64,000 nt of DNA from Nitrospirota bacterium (GCA_013151555.1 JAADIA010000079.1:1699-65698), one strand, 5' to 3'. Shown: positions 39,603 to 49,198, counted from the stretch's first letter. The notes: generated by a model from the letters alone, not told the origin. Numbers and translations: made by a program.

Positions 39603-39974
39603 ATGCCTCGAGTTAAGAGTAGTGTTACCTCCAGAAGACGGCACAAAAAATTTTTAAAGCAAGCCAAAGGTTACTGGGGAGGGAGAAGTAGGCTTTATCG
39701 GACAGCGCGGGAAGCAGTAGAGAGAAGTTGGAGCTATGCTTTTCGAGACAGAAAGGTAAAGAAGAGAGATTTTAGAGGTTTATGGATTTCCCGTATCAAT
39801 GCCGCGGCCCGTATCCATAACCTTAGTTATAGCAAGTTCATATATGGTCTTAATAAAGCTAATGTCGGCTTGAACAGGAAAGTACTGGCCGACCTGGCGG
39901 TGAGGGAACCCACTACTTTCAAAGAACTGGCCAAGGTAGCTAAAGATGGTTTAAAGTTAAAAACTGAAGGTTGA
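39603..39974 (+). CDS. rplT: 50S ribosomal protein L20
   Basis: [35 protein letters not shown] canonical L20; last residues (GLKLKTEG) and the stop are encoded by a repeat arm. Confidence 0.9.
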   Translation: MPRVKSSVTSRRRHKKFLKQAKGYWGGRSRLYRTAREAVERSWSYAFRDRKVKKRDFRGLWISRINAAARIHNLSYSKFIYGLNKANVGLNRKVLADLAVREPTTFKELAKVAKDGLKLKTEG

Positions 39975-40000
39975 AATCAAATACTTTAAACCTTAAACTG
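39948..40000. repeat. GGTTGAAAGTTAAGG-family inverted element overlapping the rplT 3' end
   Basis: ggtttaaagttaaaaactgaaggttgaaatc at 39948-39978; inverted ctttaaaccttaaactg at 39984-40000. Confidence 0.55.
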
Positions 40001-40008
40001 AGGTAATC

Positions 40009-40656
40009 ATGTATGTGATCATCGTTGGTTGTGGAAGAGTGGGCTCAGTCCTGGCAGACCTTCTTTCTCAAGAAGGACACGATGTCGTAGTTATCGATTC
40101 CCAGGAGGTAAAGTTTAAGAATCTTAATCCCCGGTTTAGCGGCGTAACCATTCTGGGAGATGGGGCCGATATAAATACTCTTCGGGAAGCTAAGGTTGAA
40201 GGGGCTGATGTTTTAGTAGCAGCCACTGGCGATGACAACTCAAATCTTATGTCTGCTCAGATAGCTAAAAAGATTTTTAATGTCTCCCGGGCCCTGGTGA
40301 GAGTGAAAGACCCCAAAAAGATGGATGTTTATCAGGAGTATGACTTAGAGCCGGTATCCGCTACTACCCTGGCGGCCTATTATCTGGCAGAAATGGTGCG
40401 GGTTCCCCGGGAGATCAAGATCTTGACCAGTTTGGGTAATATCAAAATAGTGCAGTTCAAACTGCCTAACTGGAAAGCCGGCCAGAAACTTGCCAAGATG
40501 GTCGATGCGGGAGTATTCTCTCCCTGTTTAATCAAGACGGAAAATAAGGTAGCTTTGACTGAATTGGAGACGAAGTTCCTGCCGGGGGCGGAAGTGGTAG
40601 GAGCAATCGCTCTTAGTAAGATGAAGCATCTCCAACGAGTCGCCCGGGAGGAGTAG
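40009..40656 (+). CDS. TrkA/KtrA-family K+ transporter NAD-binding regulatory subunit
   Basis: Rossmann IIVGCGRVGSVLADLL; RCK_N then RCK_C. Confidence 0.7.
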   Translation: MYVIIVGCGRVGSVLADLLSQEGHDVVVIDSQEVKFKNLNPRFSGVTILGDGADINTLREAKVEGADVLVAATGDDNSNLMSAQIAKKIFNVSRALVRVKDPKKMDVYQEYDLEPVSATTLAAYYLAEMVRVPREIKILTSLGNIKIVQFKLPNWKAGQKLAKMVDAGVFSPCLIKTENKVALTELETKFLPGAEVVGAIALSKMKHLQRVAREE

Positions 40657-40839
40657 AAATATTCAAGAATGCTTTGTCTGCTGAGTAGGTGTTTCGGTTA
40701 TTCGAAAATTGTCCTTCGACTTTGCTCAGGGTGGTGAGCTTTTCGAAACCATTTCGAATTTCGTGCTTCGAGCTTCGGGATTCGGATTTTTTTAATAGTA
40801 TCTAAAGTTCAAGGATAATGAATATTAGCAGGAGATAAG

Positions 40840-41493
40840 ATGAAGGTTATTATTATTGGAGGGGGCAAGATCGGCGATTTCCTGTCGAAAGCTCTTCTTT
40901 ACAATAAACATCAAGTAACTATAATCGAGGAAGAGTCGGAAAGATGCAATTGCCTCGTCAAAAGTCTTAACACGGTAGTCATTAATGGAGATGGCACAAG
41001 TTTACAGACTCTAACTGATGCTGAGGCGCAGAATGCCGATGTCCTGGTGGCTCTTACCGGACGGGACCAGGATAATTTAGTTGCCTGTCAGTTAGCTCAT
41101 CATCACTTTAAGGTTCCCCGGACGATTGCCCGGGTGGGTAACCCCCAGAACAGAGAACTATTCCAGAAATTGGGGGGGGTAAATACTACTGTCTGCACTA
41201 CCGAAATAATTTCTTCTTTAGTAGAGGAAAAGGTCTCCTTGAAAGATATGATTACTCTTCTTACCTTTGAGGAAGGGGAGGTCGTTATTGTAGAGACGGA
41301 AGTGGGAGAAGATTCTCCGGCCCGGGGTCAGAAAATTATGGAACTGAATCTTCCCCAGGAATGTGTTATCATTTCTGTTTTCCGGGAGAGCCATATGATT
41401 TTCCCTCACGGTGAGACCATCCTGAAAATGAAAGATAAGGTATTAGCCTTAACTACAGCTCAGAAAAAATCCGTTCTCCAAGAAATGATTTAA
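40840..41493 (+). CDS. TrkA/KtrA-family K+ transporter regulatory subunit (second copy)
   Basis: IIIGGGKIGDFLSKAL Rossmann motif; RCK_N plus RCK_C. Confidence 0.7.
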   Translation: MKVIIIGGGKIGDFLSKALLYNKHQVTIIEEESERCNCLVKSLNTVVINGDGTSLQTLTDAEAQNADVLVALTGRDQDNLVACQLAHHHFKVPRTIARVGNPQNRELFQKLGGVNTTVCTTEIISSLVEEKVSLKDMITLLTFEEGEVVIVETEVGEDSPARGQKIMELNLPQECVIISVFRESHMIFPHGETILKMKDKVLALTTAQKKSVLQEMI

Positions 41494-41621
41494 AAAATTT
41501 CCTTCTCTCTCCTCTAAAGCAGGCAGATACCGATATTCGGATAAATTTAGGATTAATGGAATGATTCGGAGAATTAATTTGCGGTTTAAAATTTCCAATC
41601 TTCAATTTACTGTTCAGGTTT

Positions 41622-43127
41622 ATGACCGTAGGGAGCGGACTTGAAATGTCTCCCCTCCGCCAGCGATATTTCATCATAATTAGTTATGTGGGACTCCTGA
41701 TCTTAGGATTAGGAGGGATTCTCCTTATTCCTTTAGTCAGCCTTTTCTTTTCTCCGTCGGACATAAAGTACCTTAATAGCTTTCTCATCCCTTCCTTAGC
41801 TGCTATCGTCGGGGGATTTTTTCTCTGGAGGGGGTTCCGTTCGCGAGTAGAGGTTCCTCCTTTAACTGCTCCCGATGCAGCTCTCATCGTTACCTTTGTC
41901 TGGATAGCAGCCGTTATCCTGGGTGCGCTTCCCTTTATCCTCTCGCAGATATTAAGCCCTCTGGATGCTATCTTCGAGTCTATGAGCGGTTGGACAACTA
42001 CGGGTTTGACCATGGTTAATCCTGATAAGATTCCTTCCCTCTTCCTTTTCTGGAGGAGCCTCATGCAGTTTGTGGGAGGAGCGGGTCTAGCCGTAATTAT
42101 GCTCTCGGCCATCGTTGGCTCTTTAGGTCCCGGGGTCTATGAAGCAGAAGCCCGAAGTGACCATTTAGTTCCCCATGTGATGCATACGGCAAGAATGATC
42201 ATTAAAATCTATTTAGCTTATTATATCGTTGGAGTTGGCCTCTATTTTCTGGCGGGGATGAACTTTTTTGACTCTCTCAATCAGGCTATGTCCGGGTTAG
42301 CTACCGGCGGTTTTTCCACTCACTCGGAAAACATTGCTTACTGGAACAATCTCTCTATAGAGGCAGTAAGTCTGCTTCTCATGCTCTTGGGAACGACAAA
42401 TTTTGCTACTCACCATGTTCTCCTTTCCAGCCGGGGAAGGAAGGGTTTCAGAGATACGGAACTCAAACTAATGAGTTGGTTAATCATCGTAGTTACTCCC
42501 CTGATTGCCTTCAGTCTGTTCAAAACCATATTAGGAAACTTAGGAGATAGCTTCCGGAAAGGGTTGTTCCAGGTAGTCTCCGCCCTTTCGGGGACCGGTT
42601 ATTCAACGACTACTCTCAACAACTGGAGCGAATTTTCTCTTTTTCTCCTGATTATCTTGATGATTGTTGAGGGAGGAACCGGTTCTACTGCGGGGGGAAT
42701 AAAACTTTACCGGGCCGCTATTATTATTAAATCCATCTGGTGGTGGATCAAGAAACAGTTCTATCCTCCCTCTGTGGTTATACAAAGAGCTATCTGGAGA
42801 CGGGGGGAAAGACTGGAAGTTCAAGATAAGCATATTCAAGCGGTGACGGGTTTCATCGGACTTTATCTTCTTACCTATCTTGTAGGAGTGCTCATTTTTT
42901 TAGGGAGCGGTTTCTCCCTCCGTCAGTCCCTATTCGAGTTTGCTTCAGCTATAGGGACGGTAGGATTATCGTTGGGGATTACCCGCCCGGATATGCCTGT
43001 TACCGCCAAGGTGGCGGAGATCTTCGGGATGTGGTTGGGAAGACTGGAATTTATAGCTATCTTCCATGCTTTTATCCGAATTGGACGAGACCTGAAAGTA
43101 GGAAGAAATAGAAGAGGAAAAGAATGA
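41622..43127 (+). CDS. TrkH/KtrB-family K+ transporter membrane subunit
   Basis: 501 aa polytopic protein with repeated selectivity-filter-like GTTGLT / GLATGG / GGTGST / GLS motifs. Confidence 0.7.
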   Translation: MTVGSGLEMSPLRQRYFIIISYVGLLILGLGGILLIPLVSLFFSPSDIKYLNSFLIPSLAAIVGGFFLWRGFRSRVEVPPLTAPDAALIVTFVWIAAVILGALPFILSQILSPLDAIFESMSGWTTTGLTMVNPDKIPSLFLFWRSLMQFVGGAGLAVIMLSAIVGSLGPGVYEAEARSDHLVPHVMHTARMIIKIYLAYYIVGVGLYFLAGMNFFDSLNQAMSGLATGGFSTHSENIAYWNNLSIEAVSLLLMLLGTTNFATHHVLLSSRGRKGFRDTELKLMSWLIIVVTPLIAFSLFKTILGNLGDSFRKGLFQVVSALSGTGYSTTTLNNWSEFSLFLLIILMIVEGGTGSTAGGIKLYRAAIIIKSIWWWIKKQFYPPSVVIQRAIWRRGERLEVQDKHIQAVTGFIGLYLLTYLVGVLIFLGSGFSLRQSLFEFASAIGTVGLSLGITRPDMPVTAKVAEIFGMWLGRLEFIAIFHAFIRIGRDLKVGRNRRGKE

Positions 43128-44713
43128 ACGGTCCTAAGGAAGAACTCCGGACGGTAGTGGAACGGCTTAATCCTCAAACGAGATGCTTGCTGACGAGGAT
43201 GAAAGCCGGCGATGCTTATCTCCCTTCGCAGTTGCAAGAGCTGCTGGGGCAGGGAACTAAAGCCAGGGCTGTGGGGTCTGTGGGATGGTTGATTGCTAAT
43301 GGTTTAGCTGAGGAGACGGGTGAGGAGGACTCTAAAAGATATGTGTCGTTAGCCGATAAAGGACAGGCTTTTCAGGAAAAAGGAATTCCTGAAGGACGGA
43401 TAGTTAAGCTTTTGAAAGAAAAAGATAAGTTGACTATTCAAGAACTTGGAGAGAAGTTAGCTTTACCTAAAGAGGAATTGAATCCTATTCTTGGAACCAT
43501 GAAGAAGGAAAAAGTTATCTCATTTGAAAGCGGGGGGCGGGTGGCTTTGGGAGAAGAGGTAGCTATTAGGAAAGCAACCGAAAGGTACGGTAAGGTTAAT
43601 AATCTTTTAGACCGGGTGAAATCTGAAACAAGAGTGGATTTGCATGATATGCCTGAAGATGAAGAAGAAATTATTAAAGAGATGAGTCGGAAACGAGGTA
43701 AGGGTAAAGCTATCTTCCGCATAGTTCGAGCAGTAGAGATGAGATATAAACTAACCCCGAGAGGGAAAGAAGCTCAAGCCATATGTGGAGATATTAGGGA
43801 AGGCGAGGAGATAGGTTCTCTTACTCCCGAGATTCTGGAGAAAGGATTATGGCGGAACCGAACGTTCCGGAAATATGATATAGGCACCCGACCTCCCAAA
43901 TGGACTTACGGAAAGAAACATCCCTATGGACTCTTTCTGGATTTCGTGAGGAGAAAATTGGTAGCTATGGGTTTCGAAGAGATGAGAGGGCGGATGGTGG
44001 AGACTGAGTTTTGGAACAACGATGCCCTTTTTATGCCCCAGGACCATCCGGCCCGGGAAATACACGACGTCTATTTTGTTAAAGAACCTAAATACTCGCA
44101 AGAATTGCCTGAAGACTTAGTTGAGAAAGTAGCCAAGACCCATGAAACCGGCTGGAAGACCGGTTCTACCGGTTGGGGATATAAATTTGATAAAGAGAGA
44201 ACATCCCGTTTCGTTCTCAGGAGCCAGGGTACAGCTAACTCTGTTCGGATGTTGGCATCTCAACCCAAAATTCCGGGCAAATATTTTGCTATTGCCCGCT
44301 GCTTCCGTTACGATCAGGTAGATGCCACTCATGCTTCGGACTTTAATCAGATAGAGGGGATAGTTCTTTCCCGGGAGATGAATTTCCGGCACCTCTTGGG
44401 ACTTCTGAAACTTTTCGCTCTGGAGATAGCCGGCTCCAGTGAGGTTAGGTTTGTCCCTTCCTATTTCCCTTTTACGGAACCTTCCGTGGAGATCCAGTTC
44501 AAGCACAAAGAGCTTGGCTGGATGGAATTAGGAGGAGCAGGAATCTTCCGGAAAGAGGTTACTATTCCTTTAGGGATAGAAGTTCCGGTTATTGCCTGGG
44601 GGCTGGGTCTGGATAGGATGGCTATGGTAGCTCTCTCCCTTGACGACATCAGGGACCTCTTTACCTCTGACCTGGGGAAAGTGCAGGAGATGAAATTTAA
44701 GCAAAATATATAA
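43124..44713 (+). CDS. pheS: Phenylalanyl-tRNA synthetase alpha subunit, archaeal/eukaryotic type (long N-terminal winged-helix extension)
   Basis: 529 aa, against about 340 for bacterial-type PheS; class II motifs 2 and 3 in the C-terminal half (FRYDQVDATHASDFNQIEG, GWGLGLDRMAMV). Confidence 0.8.
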   Translation: MNGPKEELRTVVERLNPQTRCLLTRMKAGDAYLPSQLQELLGQGTKARAVGSVGWLIANGLAEETGEEDSKRYVSLADKGQAFQEKGIPEGRIVKLLKEKDKLTIQELGEKLALPKEELNPILGTMKKEKVISFESGGRVALGEEVAIRKATERYGKVNNLLDRVKSETRVDLHDMPEDEEEIIKEMSRKRGKGKAIFRIVRAVEMRYKLTPRGKEAQAICGDIREGEEIGSLTPEILEKGLWRNRTFRKYDIGTRPPKWTYGKKHPYGLFLDFVRRKLVAMGFEEMRGRMVETEFWNNDALFMPQDHPAREIHDVYFVKEPKYSQELPEDLVEKVAKTHETGWKTGSTGWGYKFDKERTSRFVLRSQGTANSVRMLASQPKIPGKYFAIARCFRYDQVDATHASDFNQIEGIVLSREMNFRHLLGLLKLFALEIAGSSEVRFVPSYFPFTEPSVEIQFKHKELGWMELGGAGIFRKEVTIPLGIEVPVIAWGLGLDRMAMVALSLDDIRDLFTSDLGKVQEMKFKQNI

Positions 44714-44738
44714 GTTTGCTACCTCCTTCGGAAGTTAA

Positions 44739-44824
44739 GACTATAGACTATAGACCATAGACTAAACGAGGGGAAAAGGGATGGTGAAAAGTCTAAAGTC
44801 TGATGTCTATGGTCTATTGTCTGA
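44739..44824. repeat. Inverted tandem-unit element (unit CTATAGA) between pheS and pheT
   Basis: gactatagactatagaccatagactaaa at 44739-44766; inverted agtctaaagtctgatgtctatggtctattgtctga at 44790-44824. Confidence 0.6.
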
Positions 44825-44849
44825 ATTGAGTTCTTGAAAAGAGGTAAGA

Positions 44850-46508
44850 ATGCCAACTATTGAAATAAGAAAAACGGATTTTGATAAGTTCCTGAAGCCC
44901 ATAATAGAAGAACAGGGAAGAGGACGGGAAGAGACTCTTTCTCGCATTAAGGGAGAGATAAAAGGCGAGGATAACGATTGCTATAAGATAGAAATAGCCG
45001 ATACCAACAGGCCGGATCTCTTCACTGTTGAAGGTATTGCCAGAGAACTTCTGGGGATTTTCAAAGAGGAAAAGTTTAAGGATGATTTTCTGAATGAAAG
45101 TCCGAAATATAAGATAGAGGTCCTGGAATCCGTGCGGGAGGTAAGACCTTTTGTAGGAGCTCTGGTTGTCAGGAACTTAACTGTTGATGAAGATACTCTG
45201 CATTCTTTAATAAGCATCCAGGAAAAACTGGGTGAGACCCTGGGGAAAAGGAGAAAGAGGGTTGCCATTGGTGTTTATGAAGCCGGTTCCATCGAATTCC
45301 CGGTACGATACGGAGCTTTTGATCCTCAATCTTATAAGTTTGTTCCCCTGGAGTTCTCCGAAGAGATGACTTTGGATGAGGTTTTGAGGAAACATCCTAA
45401 AGGTATTGAATATGGGCATTTGTTGAAAGGTTGCCAAGGTTATCCTCTTCTCCTCGATGCTAACCGGAGAGTTCTTTCCCTCCCTCCCATCGTCAATAGC
45501 CGGGAAATGGGAGAGGTAAGGCCGGGAGCGAACCATCTCTTCGTGGAAGCAACAGGGACAGACCAGAAGGCGGTTATTCTGGCCTTAAATATTATCTCTT
45601 CCGCTCTCTCTCTCCGGGGAGGGACCATAGAAAGATGTGAGACGGTTTATCCCTACGCGACTCCCCTGGGAGAAAATCAGGTGACTCCCAGGCAAATGAA
45701 CAAGGCGTTGAGGGTAGATATGGAGGAGCTGAAACAGCTACTGGGTATCGATATTAGTCGGCAAGAGGCAGCTGATTGTCTAAGGCGATTAGGATATGAA
45801 ATCCAGGGGCAAGGAGAGAAATTCCAGGCCCTCGCCCCCTATTACCGTAGCGATGGTATGCATGAACACGATATAATAGAAGATATAGCTATAGTGAAAG
45901 GTTATGAGAACTTCTCTCCTCTACCTTTAAGCGATTTCACTATAGGAGGGTTATCCAGGGAACAGGAGATAGTGGATAAAGTAAGGGAGATTCTCGTCGG
46001 GATGGGATTTCAGGAGATAATATCTAACGCCTTGGTGAATCGGAGGGAACTCTCTCAGCGGATGAGATGTGAGACCGAGGCCATCGAAGTAGATAACGTG
46101 ATGACTGAGACCTACTCTGTATTGAGAAGTTGGCTTATTCCCTGCCTGCTCAAAGTGGAGAGGGAAAGTTCTCAGGTGGAATATCCTCATAAGGTCTTTG
46201 AAGTGGGTGAGGTGGTTGTCAAGGAAAATGGGCCCAGGGAAGAGATAAGACTGGCCGTTCTCATCTCGAGCGGAGAATTCGGTTTCACCGATATCCACCG
46301 GATATTGGAAAGCCTGATGGAGGAATTATCCTATCCTTATCATCTGAAAGAAGCTTGTCATAGTTCATTTATAGAAGGCCGTTTCGGTGAAATAGAGAGT
46401 GGACATAAGTCTGTGGGAATCATTGGCGAAGTACATCCGGAGGTCTTATCTAACTGGGCTGTCAAAATGCCTGTTTCCGCATTTGAGCTTAGGATTTACC
46501 CCTATTAA
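44850..46508 (+). CDS. pheT: Phenylalanyl-tRNA synthetase beta subunit, archaeal/eukaryotic type (short form)
   Basis: 552 aa, against about 800 for bacterial PheT; B3/B4 and B5 regions recognisable; no tRNA-binding N-terminal OB domain. Confidence 0.75.
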   Translation: MPTIEIRKTDFDKFLKPIIEEQGRGREETLSRIKGEIKGEDNDCYKIEIADTNRPDLFTVEGIARELLGIFKEEKFKDDFLNESPKYKIEVLESVREVRPFVGALVVRNLTVDEDTLHSLISIQEKLGETLGKRRKRVAIGVYEAGSIEFPVRYGAFDPQSYKFVPLEFSEEMTLDEVLRKHPKGIEYGHLLKGCQGYPLLLDANRRVLSLPPIVNSREMGEVRPGANHLFVEATGTDQKAVILALNIISSALSLRGGTIERCETVYPYATPLGENQVTPRQMNKALRVDMEELKQLLGIDISRQEAADCLRRLGYEIQGQGEKFQALAPYYRSDGMHEHDIIEDIAIVKGYENFSPLPLSDFTIGGLSREQEIVDKVREILVGMGFQEIISNALVNRRELSQRMRCETEAIEVDNVMTETYSVLRSWLIPCLLKVERESSQVEYPHKVFEVGEVVVKENGPREEIRLAVLISSGEFGFTDIHRILESLMEELSYPYHLKEACHSSFIEGRFGEIESGHKSVGIIGEVHPEVLSNWAVKMPVSAFELRIYPY

Positions 46509-46588
46509 AAGGCGGGATTGCCCAGATTAGGACAAAGATTTCGCTCTGGTGATTGGCTATTAGTTTAATGCTAAGGAAAATCAAAAAC

Positions 46589-46739
46589 GGACAGGATTAA
46601 CAGGATGTACAGGATAATTTTCTTAAAGAATTTTAGTTGGGGAAACTTTACAAAACTTTTTGAATTTTGTAAAATCAGCTTTTATCCTTTGATTTAATTA
46701 AAAGAATAAAAATCCGGTAAATCCAGTAAATCCTGTCAA
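46589..46739. repeat. ACAGGAT-family inverted tandem-unit element 3' of pheT
   Basis: ggacaggattaacaggatgtacaggat at 46589-46615; inverted atccggtaaatccagtaaatcctgtcaa at 46712-46739; spacer contains tttacaaaa/ttttgtaaa palindrome. Confidence 0.7.
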
Positions 46740-46783
46740 TTTTAGAGTTGCCGCTGTAGACGGCCTAAGTTTGGAGAGAAGTC

Positions 46784-46960
46784 ATGCCGGAAGATAGCTT
46801 GAGTATTCTGGAAGAACGGGTGGGGAAGCTTGTTGAACTTACCATCAAATTGAAGGAAGAAAAGGAGAGATGGGAGAAGGAAAAAGCTGTCCTCAAATTG
46901 AAAGTAGAAGAGATATCAAACCAGGTGGAAAAGGTTATCGGGGAAGAAAATGAAAGATAA
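46784..46960 (+). CDS. Small coiled-coil protein (ZapB-like), not in the supplied ORF track
   Basis: 58-aa ORF MPEDSLSILEERVGKLVELTIKLKEEKERWEKEKAVLKLKVEEISNQVEKVIGEENER overlapping the zapA start by 11 nt. Confidence 0.4.
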   Translation: MPEDSLSILEERVGKLVELTIKLKEEKERWEKEKAVLKLKVEEISNQVEKVIGEENER

Positions 46961-47243
46961 ACTTACCCAGGTAACGATATTCGGAACGGAATATTCTCTC
47001 AAGGGGGACGAAGACCGGGAATATATGGAAGAATTGTCTAATTATGTAAACAAGAGGATGAAAGAAGTTTCTGAACATTCCGCTTTAGTATCCACAGCTA
47101 AAGTAGCAGTGCTGGCCGCTCTTCGTATTGCCGATGAATTATATCAATTGAGGAAAGAGAAAGATGGAATCAGAACAGATGGTTCTGCGGAAAAGAGGAT
47201 CAGGAAACTGATAGAGATGATTGACCACGAAGTTGAAGGTTGA
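46950..47243 (+). CDS. zapA: Cell division protein ZapA
   Basis: 97 aa; VTIFGTEYSLKGDEDREYMEELSNYVNKRM matches the ZapA fold signature. Confidence 0.7.
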   Translation: MKDKLTQVTIFGTEYSLKGDEDREYMEELSNYVNKRMKEVSEHSALVSTAKVAVLAALRIADELYQLRKEKDGIRTDGSAEKRIRKLIEMIDHEVEG

Positions 47244-47249
47244 TTTTTC

Positions 47250-47279
47250 TTGACTCTGCTCTCTGGACTGGGGTAATAT
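47250..47279 (+). promoter_or_regulatory. Possible sigma70 promoter (TTGACT - 18 nt - TAATAT) upstream of conserved element copy 2 / ffh
   Basis: Hexamers read directly; spacer slightly long. Confidence 0.3.
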
Positions 47280-47315
47280 ATAAGTGGCCTGTCTAAGTCA
47301 GCTTTACTCAGGCCT

Positions 47316-47408
47316 TGCTTGAAATTGGAACAGGGTGGGAAAGCTCCCCCCTGCAATTTTTAATTAAGATGCTAAGTGTTTTAGTTATATGGATTTTTGG
47401 GTGGATTA
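47316..47408 (+). other. Conserved ~90-nt element, copy 2 (candidate structured RNA / dispersed repeat)
   Basis: Aligns with 31303-31389 (gcttg.aattggaa...tttaattaa...taag.gtttta.ttat..gg...tttggg.ggatta) with a compensatory hairpin. Confidence 0.4.
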
Positions 47409-47459
47409 GGCGAGTTAAATTTATGAATTGCAAATTTTACGGTTACGAACGGAGCGAGT

Positions 47460-48782
47460 ATGTTTGAAGGTATATCTGTAAAGTTTGGAACTATCTTTAA
47501 GAAGCTCAGGGGGAGAGGGAAGCTCTCCGAGAAAAATATAGAGGAATCCCTGAAGGAAATTCGTTTGGCCTTACTGGAAGCCGACGTCAATTATAAGGTG
47601 GTTAAGAAATTTATTCATGAGGTCAAAGAGAGAGCAATTGGAGAAGCCGTCTTACGGAACATTACTCCCGGGCAGCAGGTAGTCAAGGTAATTCATGAAG
47701 AACTGACCAGAGTGATGGGTCCCGAGAATAATAAAATAAATATTTCTTCCCGTCCTCCGACCATAATTGTTTTAGTTGGTCTTCAAGGAAGCGGAAAGAC
47801 AACTACCTGTGCCAAGTTGGGCGGCTATCTTAAGGAGAAAGGATATCATCCTCTTCTGGTGGCTACAGATATTCAGCGTCCGGCGGCCAGGAAACAGTTG
47901 GAGATCCTGGGAAAAGAATTGGGTCTTCCTGTTTTCGGCGATGGTCGCGACCCTTTGGATATCTGCCGGGGAGCAAAAGACCTGGCAATTTCGGAAGGAA
48001 GAGAAGTGCTCTTAGTGGATACTGCCGGTCGGCTTCACATTGATGAGAAACTTATGAAAGAGCTCAAGCAACTGAAGAAGGTATTCCAACCGGAAGAGGT
48101 CTTGTTGGTAGCCGATGCGATGACGGGACAAGATGCTGTTAACATAGCTCAGGCTTTTGAAGGAACCCTGGGTATCTCCGGAGTGGTTTTAACTAAACTT
48201 GATGGTGATGCCCGGGGAGGGGCAGCTCTTTCTATAAAGGCGGTAACTAATAAGCCGATAAAATTTATCGGTGTGGGAGAAAAACTGGATGCTTTTCAGC
48301 CTTTCTGTCCGGATAGGATAGCTTCTCGTATTCTGGGTATGGGTGATGTTTTAACTCTGGTGGAGAAAGCGGAGAAATTAGCGAGCGAAGAAGATGCCAG
48401 GCAATTGGAGAAGAAGCTTTTAAAAGATGCTTTCACCTTTGAAGATTTTCTCTCTCAGCTTGAAAGAATTAAGAAAATGGGCTCTCTTCAGGACATATTA
48501 GGGTTGGTTCCCGGCCTTTCTTTACCTAACCAGGCGCTTTCCTTTGATGACCGTCAAGTAGTTAGAACTGAGGCCATGATACAGTCAATGACCAGGGAGG
48601 AAAGAAAGGTTCCTCATACTATCGATGGAAGTAGACGCCGGAGAATTGCTCAGGGAAGTGGAACGAGCGTTGAGGAAGTGAACCGCCTCCTGAAACAATT
48701 TACTCAGATGAAGAAGATGATGAAGAAGATGGGAAAAATGGGGAAGTTCGGCAAGGAACGATTTTTGAATTTTGGAACGTGA
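47460..48782 (+). CDS. ffh: Signal recognition particle protein Ffh
   Basis: N, G (GLQGSGKTTT, DTAGR) and Met-rich M domains; 440 aa. Confidence 0.95.
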   Translation: MFEGISVKFGTIFKKLRGRGKLSEKNIEESLKEIRLALLEADVNYKVVKKFIHEVKERAIGEAVLRNITPGQQVVKVIHEELTRVMGPENNKINISSRPPTIIVLVGLQGSGKTTTCAKLGGYLKEKGYHPLLVATDIQRPAARKQLEILGKELGLPVFGDGRDPLDICRGAKDLAISEGREVLLVDTAGRLHIDEKLMKELKQLKKVFQPEEVLLVADAMTGQDAVNIAQAFEGTLGISGVVLTKLDGDARGGAALSIKAVTNKPIKFIGVGEKLDAFQPFCPDRIASRILGMGDVLTLVEKAEKLASEEDARQLEKKLLKDAFTFEDFLSQLERIKKMGSLQDILGLVPGLSLPNQALSFDDRQVVRTEAMIQSMTREERKVPHTIDGSRRRRIAQGSGTSVEEVNRLLKQFTQMKKMMKKMGKMGKFGKERFLNFGT

Positions 48783-48862
48783 GATAAACAAAACATTTGA
48801 AACATCTTGGTATTTTCGGGGAAATGGTAACTGTAAATTTTAATAGCATAGGGAGGAAGGAG

Positions 48863-49198
48863 ATGAAATTGAGAAAGAGTTTTCTTTGTTTGGTCGTGGG
48901 AGGCTTGGCCGCAGTTATATTTGCAACCTTGGCACCGGAAGTTCAGGCAGCTAATCCTTTTAATAAAGTGGGACGAGGGTTGGGAAATATAGTCATTGCT
49001 CCTGTGGAGATACCTGTGTCCATGGTCAGCGAGGCTAAGAAGAATCCCTTATTGGGTTTGGTAATAGGACCGATAATCGGAGCAGTCAATTGTGTGACCA
49101 GGGCCACTGCCGGAATCGTTGAGCTGGTTACTTTTCCAGTCCCTCCTTACGATCAACCCCTTTATGAGAAAGATCTTGGGGAGACCGTCTGGGAGTGA
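48863..49198 (+). CDS. Small secreted hypothetical protein (signal peptide; resembles small exosortase-associated TIGR04073-like proteins)
   Basis: ATG 48863 after GGGAGGAAGGAG; signal peptide MKLRKSFLCLVVGGLAAVIFATLAPEVQA; motifs NKVGRGLGNIVIAPVEIP, TRATAGIVELVTFPVP. Confidence 0.4.
   Translation: MKLRKSFLCLVVGGLAAVIFATLAPEVQAANPFNKVGRGLGNIVIAPVEIPVSMVSEAKKNPLLGLVIGPIIGAVNCVTRATAGIVELVTFPVPPYDQPLYEKDLGETVWE

Noticed and set aside
40660-40800. TTCGAA-rich region between the two trkA genes as another inverted tandem-unit element
   Set aside because: The repeats are short and irregular (ttcgaaa, ttcgac, ttcgaatttcg, ttcgag, ttcggg) and the inverted symmetry is weak, so it was not listed as a confident member.
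47250-47460. SRP RNA (4.5S/ffs) or RNase P RNA upstream of ffh
   Set aside because: No GGAAGCAGC-type SRP domain IV motif and no RNase P P4 (AAAGTCCGG) signature were found. The region is instead the second copy of the 90-nt conserved element.
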